From an uncultured Nitrososphaerales archaeon (GTDB lineage Archaea; Thermoproteota; Nitrososphaeria; Nitrososphaerales; Nitrososphaeraceae), in assembly GCA_963841565.1 (NCBI GenBank), contig CAWJCY010000006.1, forward strand, positions 320,001-384,000: a DNA stretch of 64,000 bases, in the 5' to 3' direction. The notes under the pieces were generated by a model. It ran no database searches and had not been told where the DNA came from. It saw nothing but the letters and a program-made list of their open reading frames with translations. Positions 20,397 to 31,633 of this stretch are shown one piece after another; the first letter of the stretch is position 1, and every line of letters begins with the position of its first letter. A program made the position numbers and the translations under genes.

Positions 20397-20900
20397 ATGA
20401 ACAAGGTCTTATCAATTCTAATTGCAATAACTATATGCGCCATATATTTGGTCGGTACGGTCAGCCTTTTTGACCTTGTTCCTGCTAAGGCTCAAGATTC
20501 AAGTACTAGCCATTCAACTATAGAAAATCCACCCGTCATAAACCAAGACACATCACCACAACAAGCTAGCAACGACAAGGTTTCATTCAAGATTAAAGGA
20601 ATAGATTACTCTACCAAAATTGCACAGATATTAGTTACTATCGGTGGTAAAACTTATGCCAACACCTTTGATCCGATATCCTTGTTGGATCCTCATGATG
20701 ACGGTAATGGAGTTATACAGTTTAGTATGCTAATTCCTAAAGATGCTATAAAACCAGGAAGCTCATACACTGCATGCGTTAAGATCTTGGAGGACACCGA
20801 TAGCTTTGGCAATAATTTGGCGTGTCAGTCTGGCTCGACAGATGAAATACACTCCTTATCAGGAGAAAACCAAAACCAACTAGTGAATCTATATCTATAG
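20397..20900 (+). CDS. Secreted hypothetical protein
   Basis: Signal peptide ending AKA-Q; two Cys (YTACV, NLAC). Confidence 0.7.
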   Translation: MNKVLSILIAITICAIYLVGTVSLFDLVPAKAQDSSTSHSTIENPPVINQDTSPQQASNDKVSFKIKGIDYSTKIAQILVTIGGKTYANTFDPISLLDPHDDGNGVIQFSMLIPKDAIKPGSSYTACVKILEDTDSFGNNLACQSGSTDEIHSLSGENQNQLVNLYL

Positions 20901-21286
20901 TTATGGGTTACGCCTTTGATTCATGGAAATGAATCCTTTAATTCACAACACTGGTTTATTGGGTACGCGAGCACAACTGCGCCATGCGCTAGCGGTATGG
21001 GACAACGACGATTTCATAATATCACATATGTTTTTTTTTAGATCGTTCTGTCCCGCAATATCATTGCTAGATAGCGATCGAATTATCCTTGCAACACTAG
21101 CTCACAGGTCAGTCTGTAACTGGGCGATATCCGTTCAATAAAATATTCAAGAAAGCGTCAACACTAAGCTTCCTCTTTTTACATTTCTGATGATCTTATT
21201 GCGAATTTATCTATCCACATACTACTTTTTTATATATCACTTTTATCTTGACATTATTAAAGCAAATATATTTATTGATTAGAAAC

Positions 21287-21300
21287 TTAATAATTATTAA
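21287..21300. promoter_or_regulatory. Perfect palindrome TTAATAATTATTAA just upstream of the NikR-like gene (candidate autoregulatory operator)
   Basis: 14-bp palindrome 6 nt before the ATG; same half-sites upstream of the ABC operon; AT-rich so may be chance. Confidence 0.4.
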
Positions 21301-21306
21301 TACTGG

Positions 21307-21690
21307 ATGACAATTGTTAGTATATCCTTAAATGATGAAATTCTGAATGAAATGGACAAATTACAAAAGTCACTTGGATTTAGTGGACGATCTGAAATAG
21401 TTAGAGCAGGAATCAGAGGTATGATATCAGAAGAAAGATCGCGGCAGGATCTGGTGGGATACATCCATGCAATCCTTTTGGTTATTCATAACGAGGCTTC
21501 TGATGACGAAATAAGCAATCTAAGACACGCCTACGATGAATTGATAGCAACTCATCTGCATAGTAAAATTGACAGGGATAGGTGTCTGGAGATATTTTTG
21601 TTAAGAGGTGATGCGAAACCTATGAGAGATATGACAAAAAAATTTCAGGCTAATAAAAAGATGGATAATGTTCAACTGATAGCGATGTAG
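21307..21690 (+). CDS. NikR-family (CopG RHH + ACT-like) metal-responsive regulator
   Basis: IVSISL..GRSEIVRAGIR RHH; RH..THLH..RCLEIFLLRG metal-site residues. Confidence 0.92.
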   Translation: MTIVSISLNDEILNEMDKLQKSLGFSGRSEIVRAGIRGMISEERSRQDLVGYIHAILLVIHNEASDDEISNLRHAYDELIATHLHSKIDRDRCLEIFLLRGDAKPMRDMTKKFQANKKMDNVQLIAM

Positions 21691-22030
21691 ATAAAGGTGG
21701 TATCTTTTTCAGAGACCTCGGCCGCGTAATGAGTGATTAGATATCTTGGCCGGGAATTATTGCGTCTGGTGTATAATACCTCAAATTAATTTTGTCATCT
21801 GTTAGGTAAACGTATCTAGAAGGATAGGTAGGCGGATTTTGCAAGCATTTACTAGCCAACAAGAGAAGTTGATGATCTACTCCTAAGAGGAGAAGCTTGC
21901 GCCTTTAATCCGAAACCTCAGCCAGAGATAAATTTAGTGCCCTATTTACAACCAAAGATCTTCCATCCAATTATTTAACGTGACGAGAATAAATTGTAAT
22001 TGTCAGCGGCACACAGTTTTGGCAAACTTG

Positions 22031-22069
22031 TTAATAATAGTATTTATGCAAGAATGTTAAAATTATTAA
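22031..22069. promoter_or_regulatory. Inverted half-sites TTAATAAT-N23-ATTATTAA upstream of the metal ABC operon (candidate operator)
   Basis: Same half-site as the palindrome before the regulator gene. Confidence 0.35.
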
Positions 22070-22104
22070 TAACACTTATATTATTATTAGCGACATTTTG
22101 ATCT

Positions 22105-23070
22105 GTGGCAATTTATTATTGTATTATCCTTCTAACCGTTTTCTTTATTATTGCACCGGGCTGTTTGGTAATACACGCCTCTGGGAGAGGCGTGGCCCCG
22201 GAACACAATATTTCTAAAACTCTGCCCATTTCCAGTTCCAATTTATCTGATCCGATAACCCAACAAGTACCAAAAATAACTGTGGTTGCCTCATTCTTCC
22301 CCATTTATGAATTTGCGAAGCAAGTAGGAGGGGATAGGATAAATATTATAGCTCTCATTCCAGCCGGTGTAGAGCCACACGACTATGAACCCACGATCCA
22401 GCAGCTACAACAGGCAGAAAATGCAGATGTAGTATTCTTTAATGGTCTGGGATTTGAGAATTCCTGGATAGACAGGGTCACCAATGATAATTTGGTTGAT
22501 ACAAGTGCTCTCTCTAATTTGTCTCAAGGCAGCCAAATAAGAAATCCACATATTTGGCTGGATCCCGTCTTTGCAAAGGCCCAAGTACAGCAAATCGAAA
22601 AGGCGTTAATAGAAATTGATCCTAATAACAAACTATATTACCAGAAGAATGCGTTGAATTTTACAGATAAGCTAGATTCATTGGATTCCGAAATAAGAAC
22701 TGCACTTCAGCCCTGTGATAAGAAGGATTTTATTGCATTTCATGACGCTTTTGGCTACTTTGCCAAAAGGTACGGTCTAAGTCAACATAGTGTCCAAGGA
22801 GTATCACCAGAAGGAGAAGTTCTACCTCAGCGAATTGAGGAAACTATAAGATTGGCCAATGATCTTGGGCTAAAAGTTATTTATGCTGAGGAATTGGTAG
22901 ACCCTAGATTTGCTGAAGTGATCGCACAGGAGATTCCTAATGGCAAGGTACTCGTATTGAGCCCTTTGGAAGGAATTGAGAAAGACGAAGAGGACTCAGG
23001 AATAGGGTATCTTGACAAGATGGAACAAAATATTTCTAATTTGAAAGTAGGATTGGAATGCTTGACATAA
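22105..23070 (+). CDS. znuA: Zn/Mn ABC transporter substrate-binding protein (ZnuA/TroA family)
   Basis: VVASFFPIY, GVEPHDYEP, NPHIWLDP, FHDAFGYFAKRYGL. Confidence 0.93.
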   Translation: MAIYYCIILLTVFFIIAPGCLVIHASGRGVAPEHNISKTLPISSSNLSDPITQQVPKITVVASFFPIYEFAKQVGGDRINIIALIPAGVEPHDYEPTIQQLQQAENADVVFFNGLGFENSWIDRVTNDNLVDTSALSNLSQGSQIRNPHIWLDPVFAKAQVQQIEKALIEIDPNNKLYYQKNALNFTDKLDSLDSEIRTALQPCDKKDFIAFHDAFGYFAKRYGLSQHSVQGVSPEGEVLPQRIEETIRLANDLGLKVIYAEELVDPRFAEVIAQEIPNGKVLVLSPLEGIEKDEEDSGIGYLDKMEQNISNLKVGLECLT

Positions 23071-23867
23071 CTTCAGCTAATCCAATAGTGGAAATAGACC
23101 ACTTATATTATTGGTACGATTCTTCATTTCTTACATTAGATGATATTTCCTTTAGAATGGAACAAGCAGACCTGCTGGGGATAATAGGTCCCAATGGTGC
23201 AGGAAAAACCACTCTTTTTAATTGCATTCTGGGAATTCTGACAGACTATAGGGGTACAGTTAAACTTTTTGGAAAGGAGGTTATGAGGAATAGAAAAGCA
23301 TTGTTAAGCAAAGTAGGGTACGTACCTCAACATGCATCAATTGAACAAAGCTTTCCTGCGACCATAGAGGAGATTATTTCATTCGGATTGCTAGGATCCA
23401 TCGAGAAGTACAGTCGAAGTTATGCAAAGGACCAAGTGCTTAAAGCAATGCAGATAGTTGGATTAACTGATAAGAAGAATAAAAGATTCAATGAGCTATC
23501 CGGCGGACAACAACAAAGAGTCCTAATCGCTAAGGCCATGGTACATAATCCTAAGTTACTAATATTAGATGAGCCCACGAGCGGTATAGACCAAGAAACA
23601 CAGGATCGATTTTATGAACTAATTCGGAAGCTTAATGCAGAAGAAAAAATATCCATCATATTGTCTTCACACGATCTAGATGCTGTAAGTAAGCTTGCCA
23701 ATAAGGTCGCGTGCATCAACAGAAAAATGCATTTTCATGGAGATGCGAAAGATTTCTTCGGTGATGAAAACATGCTTAAGACTTATTATGAATCTGCGAT
23801 GCAGACGCATTTAAGGCTCCATCAATTCAACGCCAAATCCAATCCTCAGCAGCTTCCATCCTCCTAA
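23058..23867 (+). CDS. znuC: Zn/Mn ABC transporter ATP-binding protein
   Basis: GPNGAGKTT, VGYVPQ, LSGGQQQRV, LILDEPT, SSHD. Confidence 0.93.
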   Translation: MLDITSANPIVEIDHLYYWYDSSFLTLDDISFRMEQADLLGIIGPNGAGKTTLFNCILGILTDYRGTVKLFGKEVMRNRKALLSKVGYVPQHASIEQSFPATIEEIISFGLLGSIEKYSRSYAKDQVLKAMQIVGLTDKKNKRFNELSGGQQQRVLIAKAMVHNPKLLILDEPTSGIDQETQDRFYELIRKLNAEEKISIILSSHDLDAVSKLANKVACINRKMHFHGDAKDFFGDENMLKTYYESAMQTHLRLHQFNAKSNPQQLPSS

Positions 23868-23886
23868 AAGAAGTGGGTTTAATGAC

Positions 23887-24748
23887 ATGACCATTTTGGA
23901 AATTTTAGAGTTCGGGTTTATGCGAGCGTGCGTTAATCTCTGGCATTGCAGTTGCTGCTATATGTTCCGCAATTGGCCTATTTCTAGTGCTTAGAAAGCA
24001 TTCACTATTTGGAGATGCGATGTCTCACGTTGCCTTTGGCGGGTTGTCCATAGGACTATTCCTTAATTTATACCCAATATGGACGGCGTACGCCTTTACT
24101 TTAATTGCCGCACTGGGAATTACAAAAATGACTAATTCTATAAAGATCCCGCCGGATTCGTCGGTTGCAATTTTGCTTTCATCTGGACTAGCTGTTGGAA
24201 TAGTTCTGATAAGTCTGTCTGGTGGATTTTCTCTAGACCTTTTCAGCTTCCTGTTTGGAAGCATCCTACTGATTAGTACTCAGGATACTATTATTATTGT
24301 ATTTCTAAGTATTGGGATTCTTGCAATTATAGCAATAATGTATAGGAGATTAATGTACATTACTTTTGATGAGGAACAAGCTCGAGTAAGCGGGATTAAT
24401 GTAAAATTAGCAAACTATGTCTTCATCGTGCTCGCTGCAATAACTGTAGTCACATCTATTAGACTAGTAGGAGTCCTCTTGATATCTGCACTGATTGTAC
24501 TACCAAATATAACTGCAATATTATTTGGAAGAGGTTTTAAGAAAACTGCAATGATTTCAATAGGTATCGCTATTGTGTCAGTTGTGTGGGGGATTGTCAT
24601 TTCCTATTTAGCTAATGTCGCTCCTGCAGGTGCCATAGTCCTTACCAGTGTGGCTATATTACTGTGCACCATCGTTACGCGCAAAATTAGGAAATCAATC
24701 CGACCAAGGAAGCTGCCAGAGCCAAACATACAAAAGAGATCTCAGTAA
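23887..24748 (+). CDS. znuB: Zn/Mn ABC transporter permease (1-nt insertion at about 23924)
   Basis: Removing one G gives MTILEILEFGFMQRALISG..VLRKHSLFGDAMSH; FLFGSIL, VGVLLISAL. Confidence 0.92.
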
Positions 24749-25038
24749 TGATAAACATATTGTCCAATCAATCGTAAACAGATAAGAATATTCATGTGTC
24801 TAATTTGAACTGCGTGGCAAGTCGGCTTATTACCCCTCGAATTTAATTGCTGAATGATTACGGATATGACAGCTCACGAGTAATAGTGTTGCTTTCAAAA
24901 AATGCAACAAAGTAGTTAACGAAAAAAGATAGACTCGGGTATACGAAATTCTCATCCGTTACCTCCATTGAGAAACTTATCATATTCAAACCTTATTAAT
25001 CCTTGAATTGTCTATATAGGTGAACCTACTTTGGGGGT

Positions 25039-25371
25039 TCAATCGGCAAGCATATGATGGAAACACGAGCGCTCCCCTGTATGACAGGCTGGACGGTCAG
25101 ACTCAACAATGTATAACACTGCATCCAGATCACAATCCATACGTATTTCTTTGACTGGTTGTATGTTACCAGATTCTTCGCCCTTCATCCAAAGCTTGCC
25201 CTTCGATGTGCTCCAAAACCATGCGTTTCCAGTCATATTCGTTTTTTTCAACGCTTCTTGATTGACGTAAGCCAACATGAGTACTTCCTTGGTCTTGAGA
25301 TCCTGTACTACGACAGGGATTATTCCGTTCCTTTTTTCGAAGTTGACAGACTTCAATGATTTGCTTTCCAT
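25039..25371 (-). CDS. hisI: Phosphoribosyl-AMP cyclohydrolase
   Basis: VLMLAY, LWMKGEESGN, DCDLDA, ACHTGERSCF; likely start at 25371. Confidence 0.95.
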   Translation of the reverse strand: MESKSLKSVNFEKRNGIIPVVVQDLKTKEVLMLAYVNQEALKKTNMTGNAWFWSTSKGKLWMKGEESGNIQPVKEIRMDCDLDAVLYIVESDRPACHTGERSCFHHMLAD

Positions 25372-25778
25372 GCTTTGATATATCCTAAAATCAATTTGAA
25401 TGACTGCCAATAAATAACTAACTTTACATATTTTTAAACAAGCTTTATGAAGTCTGATGTAAAATATCAATCGGATGTAATATTATCACTAAATGATGTG
25501 CAATTCGTCTTCAAAACATATGTAACAGTGGGATTGCAGACATTCCTAGAGTTGAGATCATGACACCTAAGCTAGATTCGTAACCGCTCAATGGATCCTC
25601 TTCAACTTAAAGGGTATTATTATCAAATGTGAAAAACGGTATAATATTTATTATATAATCAAAATTGTCTTATTAATTGTAATTTATGAATAGCTTTTAA
25701 CCCGGCAGAGTCTTGATGGATCGAACCAATCCGCATATAGTTTAAATAAGATGTATCTCGAATAATTGCAGACAAAGT

Positions 25779-26315
25779 ATGCCAATTGATCCAGACTTTC
25801 CAAAGAATTCAAAGGTGATAGGTAAACATATTCTCGGAGATGGCGAGCAATACCACTATGTATGGGGGCCAGGAAGGACTGCTGAAGCTGCAGAAAATGA
25901 AGAAGTAAAGTCAGCATATACAGCAAGAGGAGAAGAGATAGTGCCTATAGGTGTGCACGGGACTATGGTAGCAGTAGACTGGGATTCATGCGTGGCCGAT
26001 GGGGCATGCATAGAGGCTTGTCCGGTTCAGGTTTTCCAGTGGTACAGAACTGAAAATGATGTACCTCCTACTGAGGTGACCAATGCTACCAGCAACGGAA
26101 CCGGTAGCGGTGAAAAGGAAGAGCGAAAGGATTATACTGACAAAGCTGACCCGATTAGGGAACATGATTGCATTTGGTGCATGGCGTGTGTCTCTGTATG
26201 CCCTCCTCAAGCAGTAAAAGTAGATCAGTCCAACCTGGAATTCCATGAGAAGGCATCAGGAACGTTTAATGAATCCCTTTCCAAAGGTAGTGCACCGCCG
26301 CCTCATGCGCACTAA
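25779..26315 (+). CDS. zfx: Zinc-containing-type dicluster ferredoxin
   Basis: MPIDPDF..GKH..H.VWGP..GVHGTMVAVDWDSCVADGACIEACP..CIWCMACVSVCP. Confidence 0.88.
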   Translation: MPIDPDFPKNSKVIGKHILGDGEQYHYVWGPGRTAEAAENEEVKSAYTARGEEIVPIGVHGTMVAVDWDSCVADGACIEACPVQVFQWYRTENDVPPTEVTNATSNGTGSGEKEERKDYTDKADPIREHDCIWCMACVSVCPPQAVKVDQSNLEFHEKASGTFNESLSKGSAPPPHAH

Positions 26316-26546
26316 ACCTTAAATTTTTTGTTAGGAATTTCTTTGTAAACTAACTAGCTAGATTGAGCTTTACCCAAAGAATCTTGTTCCGTGATTTCGG
26401 TACCGAACATGATTTGCTAGAGGTCGATGACTTGAATTTCGCAGCTAAATCGAAAGTGATGTAGCATTACGAAGCCCACGTATTTCTGAAGTGTTATCCT
26501 AAATCAAAGGAAAGTGGAATGTGGAAAAAATTTCCAGTGACTTATC

Positions 26547-27143
26547 ATGATTTTAGCGAATGATTCCTACATGGGTATCTTTATTCCCAGTGATATTCAA
26601 AATAGAATACTCCAATTTATGGATGGAAAATCGACATTCCCATTCATTCGTGGCGATGAAATAGTAGGAGTTTTTTTTCTCTTCGGCAAATACGGCAAGA
26701 TATCAAATGAGATCGACATTCTGAATGCCAAGGATCTAGCCCGCAATGGAATGAACCAGATAACAAAAGAGGTCAATTTATGCAATTCCATGTCAAATAG
26801 GACAACCTTTGATTTTGTTAGAGAAAACTATACTCGGAGGGCATTGCAGATTTCAACTGATTTGAGTAATTCATCAAAGAGGAATAGCATTAAGATACGA
26901 GACAGAATTTCTGGAGACCCGACTATATTGATAAACTGCTTTGCGCAACATATTGCTTACTATCGACAGGACTACTTTTTTGAACTGATAAACCCTCTAC
27001 GACCGGCCCAAATTCCAGAGCATCTCAGGGAAAAAATGGAATTAAGGATGTTGTTATTGGGTTTTAATTCGAAGAACTTGGAAAATCTACCATACGTTAG
27101 TGCTCTTGTGCCATTTTTTGACTGGTTGTCGACGATAGCTTGA
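26547..27143 (+). CDS. Hypothetical protein
   Basis: 198-aa ORF, no motif recognised. Confidence 0.65.
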   Translation: MILANDSYMGIFIPSDIQNRILQFMDGKSTFPFIRGDEIVGVFFLFGKYGKISNEIDILNAKDLARNGMNQITKEVNLCNSMSNRTTFDFVRENYTRRALQISTDLSNSSKRNSIKIRDRISGDPTILINCFAQHIAYYRQDYFFELINPLRPAQIPEHLREKMELRMLLLGFNSKNLENLPYVSALVPFFDWLSTIA

Positions 27144-27883
27144 GTCGCAAGTTCAATCTAGCATATAAAGATAAAATATCTATAGAAGAAATCATTATTG
27201 ATCCCAACTCATTATTTTCTTTTCCGATGATATTTTGATCGAACATAAAAACATGGAGTTGAATAGCAAGATCTGCATACCGTAGCTAAACTTTCAAACT
27301 TCGGAAAAGTTCTGGTACTCTTGCAAATTTTATGCTACTACAGATAACGTATGATGCATTAGACGAACAAAAGCCAATCATGAATTAATCATAAGACAAG
27401 TAAATTTGAATTCCTGTTCAGTTCGCTATTCTCAGCCAAACTTGCAGGAGAAATTAGACAAATTGACTTCAGATAGGACAGAATGCTTGTGGCTTCTCCC
27501 CACGTAGGTCATCTACCCTCTTACGACAGTACCGCTAATTGCTTTCTACGACTTGCACGTAACAATCATAGACCATTTGCATTTCGTTCAAATCAAGTTG
27601 GTCTAAGATTTCTATATGCAATTATTTTTGCCGTAAGAATATCCAGGTCATGCTCGCTACCACCACCTACCTTCTTGGGACATAAGGATAGGCTTTCACA
27701 TTTATCTATAGGTATAGTTATTATTTTCTGAATCGTGGTGGCTATTTAAGAGGAATCACATAAGCTGCGGATGAACGACTGGTATTTCAATTGCATGGCA
27801 TTTTTGCGGGGTGGAAGTCATGAACCAGCCCGTTAATCTGATCACAAAGAACATTAAGTACGTTTGAGTAAGGATCTGAATCA

Positions 27884-28315
27884 ATGAGCGTTCAAACTAA
27901 GTCAGATTATGAGATTTTATTGTCCCGGCTGCGAGATAAACTAGGGAACACTACAAAAAAACAGGCATCGAGACTCGAACTCCCTACTCCCCAAATAATC
28001 TGGGTTGGCCAGCGTACAATTTTTAGGAATTTCATGGACTTTCCTAAGGCATTAAACAGGGATCCCGAAAAGTTATTGTTATATTTGAACAAAGAACTTG
28101 CTTCGGCAGGATATATTGCTGGGGAGAGAGTCATATTTTTAGGAAGAAAGGAACCTTCATCTTTTGGAGCATTAATTGATCGATACGTAAAGGATTACGT
28201 CATCTGTCCCGTCTGTGGAAGCCCAGATACTAGAACTGAAAAGAGTAAGAAATTGGGTTTTCTTTTGTGCGAAGCATGCGGTGCGAAATCGTCCATAAAA
28301 GGGAACTATGCTTGA
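27884..28315 (+). CDS. eif2b: Translation initiation factor aIF2 beta subunit
   Basis: YEILLSR, TIFRNF, YVICPVCGSPDT, LLCEACGA. Confidence 0.96.
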   Translation: MSVQTKSDYEILLSRLRDKLGNTTKKQASRLELPTPQIIWVGQRTIFRNFMDFPKALNRDPEKLLLYLNKELASAGYIAGERVIFLGRKEPSSFGALIDRYVKDYVICPVCGSPDTRTEKSKKLGFLLCEACGAKSSIKGNYA

Positions 28316-28634
28316 ATCAATAATTGGATATTGCCCACTGGTGGGCAGTCAAACGCCCTTTTGAGTACGTGATATAATCATCGTTCTTGATCGATTATAT
28401 TTTGGTTTGACTCTTTTTCACCATAAACTATTATACACGTCTATCAGCGCATTGCTCTTCCGAATTGCACAATCAAAGTAGGCAGCTAAATATTCCCTTT
28501 CATGAAATATCAAAAGTTCCGATGCGTGTCAAATTATGCCATTCTTGCATAACTATTTTTTGCCTGGTGCTCGCAGAAATTTAACATTGGCCTCTAAGTA
28601 CCGTATCGCTCTGTATCTCGCGATGACAGCTATC

Positions 28635-28862
28635 ATGTCTCTCAACCCTGGTGCGACCTTAGGCACCGAAACACTAGAATCTACGAATGGATTCTCTACA
28701 GGACAGAGTTGGGGTGCCTTAAGAAAGGCTTGGAAGGGGTACAGAATTGCAAAGGTTCAGGCAGACAATGCTAGAATGACGGAATATGCCACCAAGATAC
28801 GAAAGATTCAAGGTGAGCTAGGGATAACCAGATCCACGTTTCCTAATCTAGGCATAGCCTAA
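28635..28862 (+). CDS. Small conserved-looking hypothetical protein
   Basis: GQSWGALRKAWKGYRIAK..YATKIRKIQGELGI..FPNLG; likely start at 28635 or 28623. Confidence 0.7.
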   Translation: MSLNPGATLGTETLESTNGFSTGQSWGALRKAWKGYRIAKVQADNARMTEYATKIRKIQGELGITRSTFPNLGIA

Positions 28863-29001
28863 TCTACTTTTTTAGAATCCGACTGCTGCAAATTAGGCCA
28901 CGCAATTAGCTAACTAGAATATACAGTCGAACAGCCATATTTTTTGTATTAATCGATATGTAATTATCTAGCTTTTTCTGTAGGTATTCTTCAAGGTAAA
29001 A

Positions 29002-29658
29002 TTGAGCGTAGAGAATTGCGAAAAGGATAATGCATCCAGCAATGAAGGCGAGGAAGAGGAGGAAATTATACGACAACAACAGCAACAACAGCAACAATCC
29101 CCCCAAGAAGATAAAGATCAAGAGTATATTATTCACTTAGAGAATGAACTTTCCCAGGCCGATGTAGAACTTCAGAAGGCCAAAGAAGAAGCCGACAGTA
29201 ACATGAATAAGCTGCGATATTTGATGGCAGATTTTGATAATTATAGAAAACGGACAGAAAGACAGATAGAATCGAAGATAAGCCAAGGAAAAGCAGAACT
29301 TATTTTAAAGTTTGTTTCTATTCATGACGATTTATCTAGGGCGATAGAGACTGCGAAACAATGCAAATCAGATCAGGTTGTAATAGAGGGTTTAGAAGGT
29401 ATTTTGAGGAACGTCGAGACTTTGTTTGACGCAGAAGGTGTTAAGGAAATTGAAACTACGGGTACTCCCTTTGATCCCAATATTCACGATGCTATTTCAT
29501 TCAAATACGATGACTCTGTTCCAGAAAATACTGTGATCGCGGAAATTAGAAAGGGGTACATGATAACTGACAAAGTATTAAGGCCTAGTTTGGTAGAAAT
29601 CTCTAAAAGGATAGTTAAAAATAGCGCTATTGACAGTAACAGAACAAAAGGAGACTAA
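29002..29658 (+). CDS. grpE: Nucleotide exchange factor GrpE
   Basis: ADFDNYRKR, FDPNIHDA, KGYMITDKVLRPSLVEI; N-terminal poly-E/poly-Q. Confidence 0.96.
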   Translation: MSVENCEKDNASSNEGEEEEEIIRQQQQQQQQSPQEDKDQEYIIHLENELSQADVELQKAKEEADSNMNKLRYLMADFDNYRKRTERQIESKISQGKAELILKFVSIHDDLSRAIETAKQCKSDQVVIEGLEGILRNVETLFDAEGVKEIETTGTPFDPNIHDAISFKYDDSVPENTVIAEIRKGYMITDKVLRPSLVEISKRIVKNSAIDSNRTKGD

Positions 29659-29664
29659 GAAGAA

Positions 29665-31586
29665 ATGGGAAAGATAATAGGAATTGATCTTGGAACTAGT
29701 AATTCTGCCGCATCGGCTATGATTGGGGGTAAACCATCTATAATACAAGCGGCTGAGGGAACCTCTATTGCAGGTAAGGCGTTTCCATCTGTTGTCGCCT
29801 TTACTAAGGATGGACAATTATTAGTGGGAGAACCTGCACGAAGACAAATGATATCCAATCCAGAAGGCACTGTACCTAGCAGCAAAAAGGAAAATGGGGA
29901 CTGACTTTCGCTTCAGCGTCTTTGGAAAGGAGTATTCCCCACAACAGATTTCCGCATTTATTTTGCAAAAAATAAAGAGGGATGCCGAGGCGTTTTTGGG
30001 TGAGAGTGTAGACAAAGCGGTGATCACTGTTCCAGCCTACTTTAACGACAACCAGAGGCAAGCGACCAAAGACGCAGGCGAGATTGCGGGACTTCAAGTA
30101 GTCAGGATAATAAATGAACCGACTGCAGCTTCTCTGGCATTTGGGCTAGATAAGATTCAAAAAGACCTAAAGATCGTTGTATTCGATTTAGGAGGTGGAA
30201 CTTTGGATGTTACTATAATGGAAATGGGAGGTGGAGTTTTCCAAGTGAAGAGGTACTGCAGGGGATACACAATTAGGCGGGACTGACATGGACAATAAAT
30301 TGGTAGATTACATTCTACAGGAATTTAAGAACCAGTCTGGTTTAGATGTACGTAATGATCGTGCAGCTATGATGCGAGTAAGAGAAGCAGCTGAAAAAGC
30401 GAAGATAGAACTATCAAACATGGTTAATACTGAAATTAACTTGCCATTTCTCGCATATGATTCTGCTACTGGTCCAAAAAATCTAATACTTCAAATTACT
30501 AGGGCAAAAATGGAAGAATTGCTAAGACCTATCATAGAAAGATGTAGGGGTCCAACTATGCAATCATTACAAGATGCAAAGTTGACTCCTAATGATATTG
30601 ACAAAGTAATACTGATAGGTGGTCCAACTAGAATGCCTATGGTTCGTCAATTTGTTGCAACTGTCATGGGAAAAGAACCTGAAAGAGGTGTGGACCCTAT
30701 GGAAGCAGTTGCACTGGGTGCTGCAATCCAGGGAGCAGTTATTTCAGGCGATGTGTCCACAGATATATTACTAGTAGATGTAACACCCTTGACGCTTGGG
30801 GTGGAAGTTTTGGGTGGCTTAAAGGAAGCCATAATAGAACGCAATACAACAATCCCTACCAAAAAGAGTAAAATATTTACTACTGCGGCAGACTATCAAA
30901 CTGCAGTAACAATACACGTAGTACAAGGAGAACGAGCGATGGCTGCAGACTGTGTTTCTCTTGGAATGTTCAATCTTTCTGGCATACCACCTGCCCCAAG
31001 GGGAGTACCTCAGATCGAAGTCACATTTGATATTGATGCGAATGGAATTCTGAATGTATCAGCCAAAGATCTAGCAACGTCCAAAGAAGCTAAGATAACT
31101 ATCACTGCAAATACTAAACTCGGTAAAGATGATATCGAAAGAATGAAAAAAGACGCAGAGCAGTTTGCTGAGGCCGACAAAAAGAAACGGGAAGAGGCTG
31201 AACTTAAGAACGAAGCAGACAATCTCGTCTATGCCGCGGAGAAACTGGTTAATCAGGATTTAAAAGACAAAATAAAGCCAGAACAGGTAGAAAGAGTTCA
31301 GAAAGCTTCGCAAGAATTGAAGGATGCCTTAGCATCAAATAACAGTGAAATCACTAAAGCAAAAATTCAGGAATTAAAGAACATATTAGGTGAAATAAGT
31401 ACTGAAGCCTATAAGGCTACCAGTGCAGCAGCAGCTGCGGCAGCGCCTGGTGCCGGAGGCCAGTCTGGTCAGACTGTAGACGAAGGAGCATCTAGTGCGA
31501 ATCAAACTTCGGAGACTTACACCGGCGGCGGAGGTAGTACGTCTACAGGTACTCAGCAGACACCACCACCACCACCCCCTCCATAA
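29665..31586 (+). CDS. dnaK: Chaperone DnaK (Hsp70), split by two 1-nt insertions (about 29875 and 30252)
   Basis: [67 protein letters not shown] across three ORFs that join on removing one base at each site. Confidence 0.96.
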
Positions 31587-31633
31587 TTATTGTTCATTGA
31601 ATGCTACTGATAGGGTTACTCATGCAGATATGA

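Noticed and set aside
27144-27883. Long intergenic region with ORF 27483-27731
   Set aside because: Composition not protein-like, no motif, other frames full of stops; nothing supportable
29665-31586. dnaK and other split genes as true pseudogenes or programmed frameshifts
   Set aside because: Each is fixed by removing one base, there is no other decay and no slippery heptamer, and the sites share short palindromic motifs, which fits sequencing error
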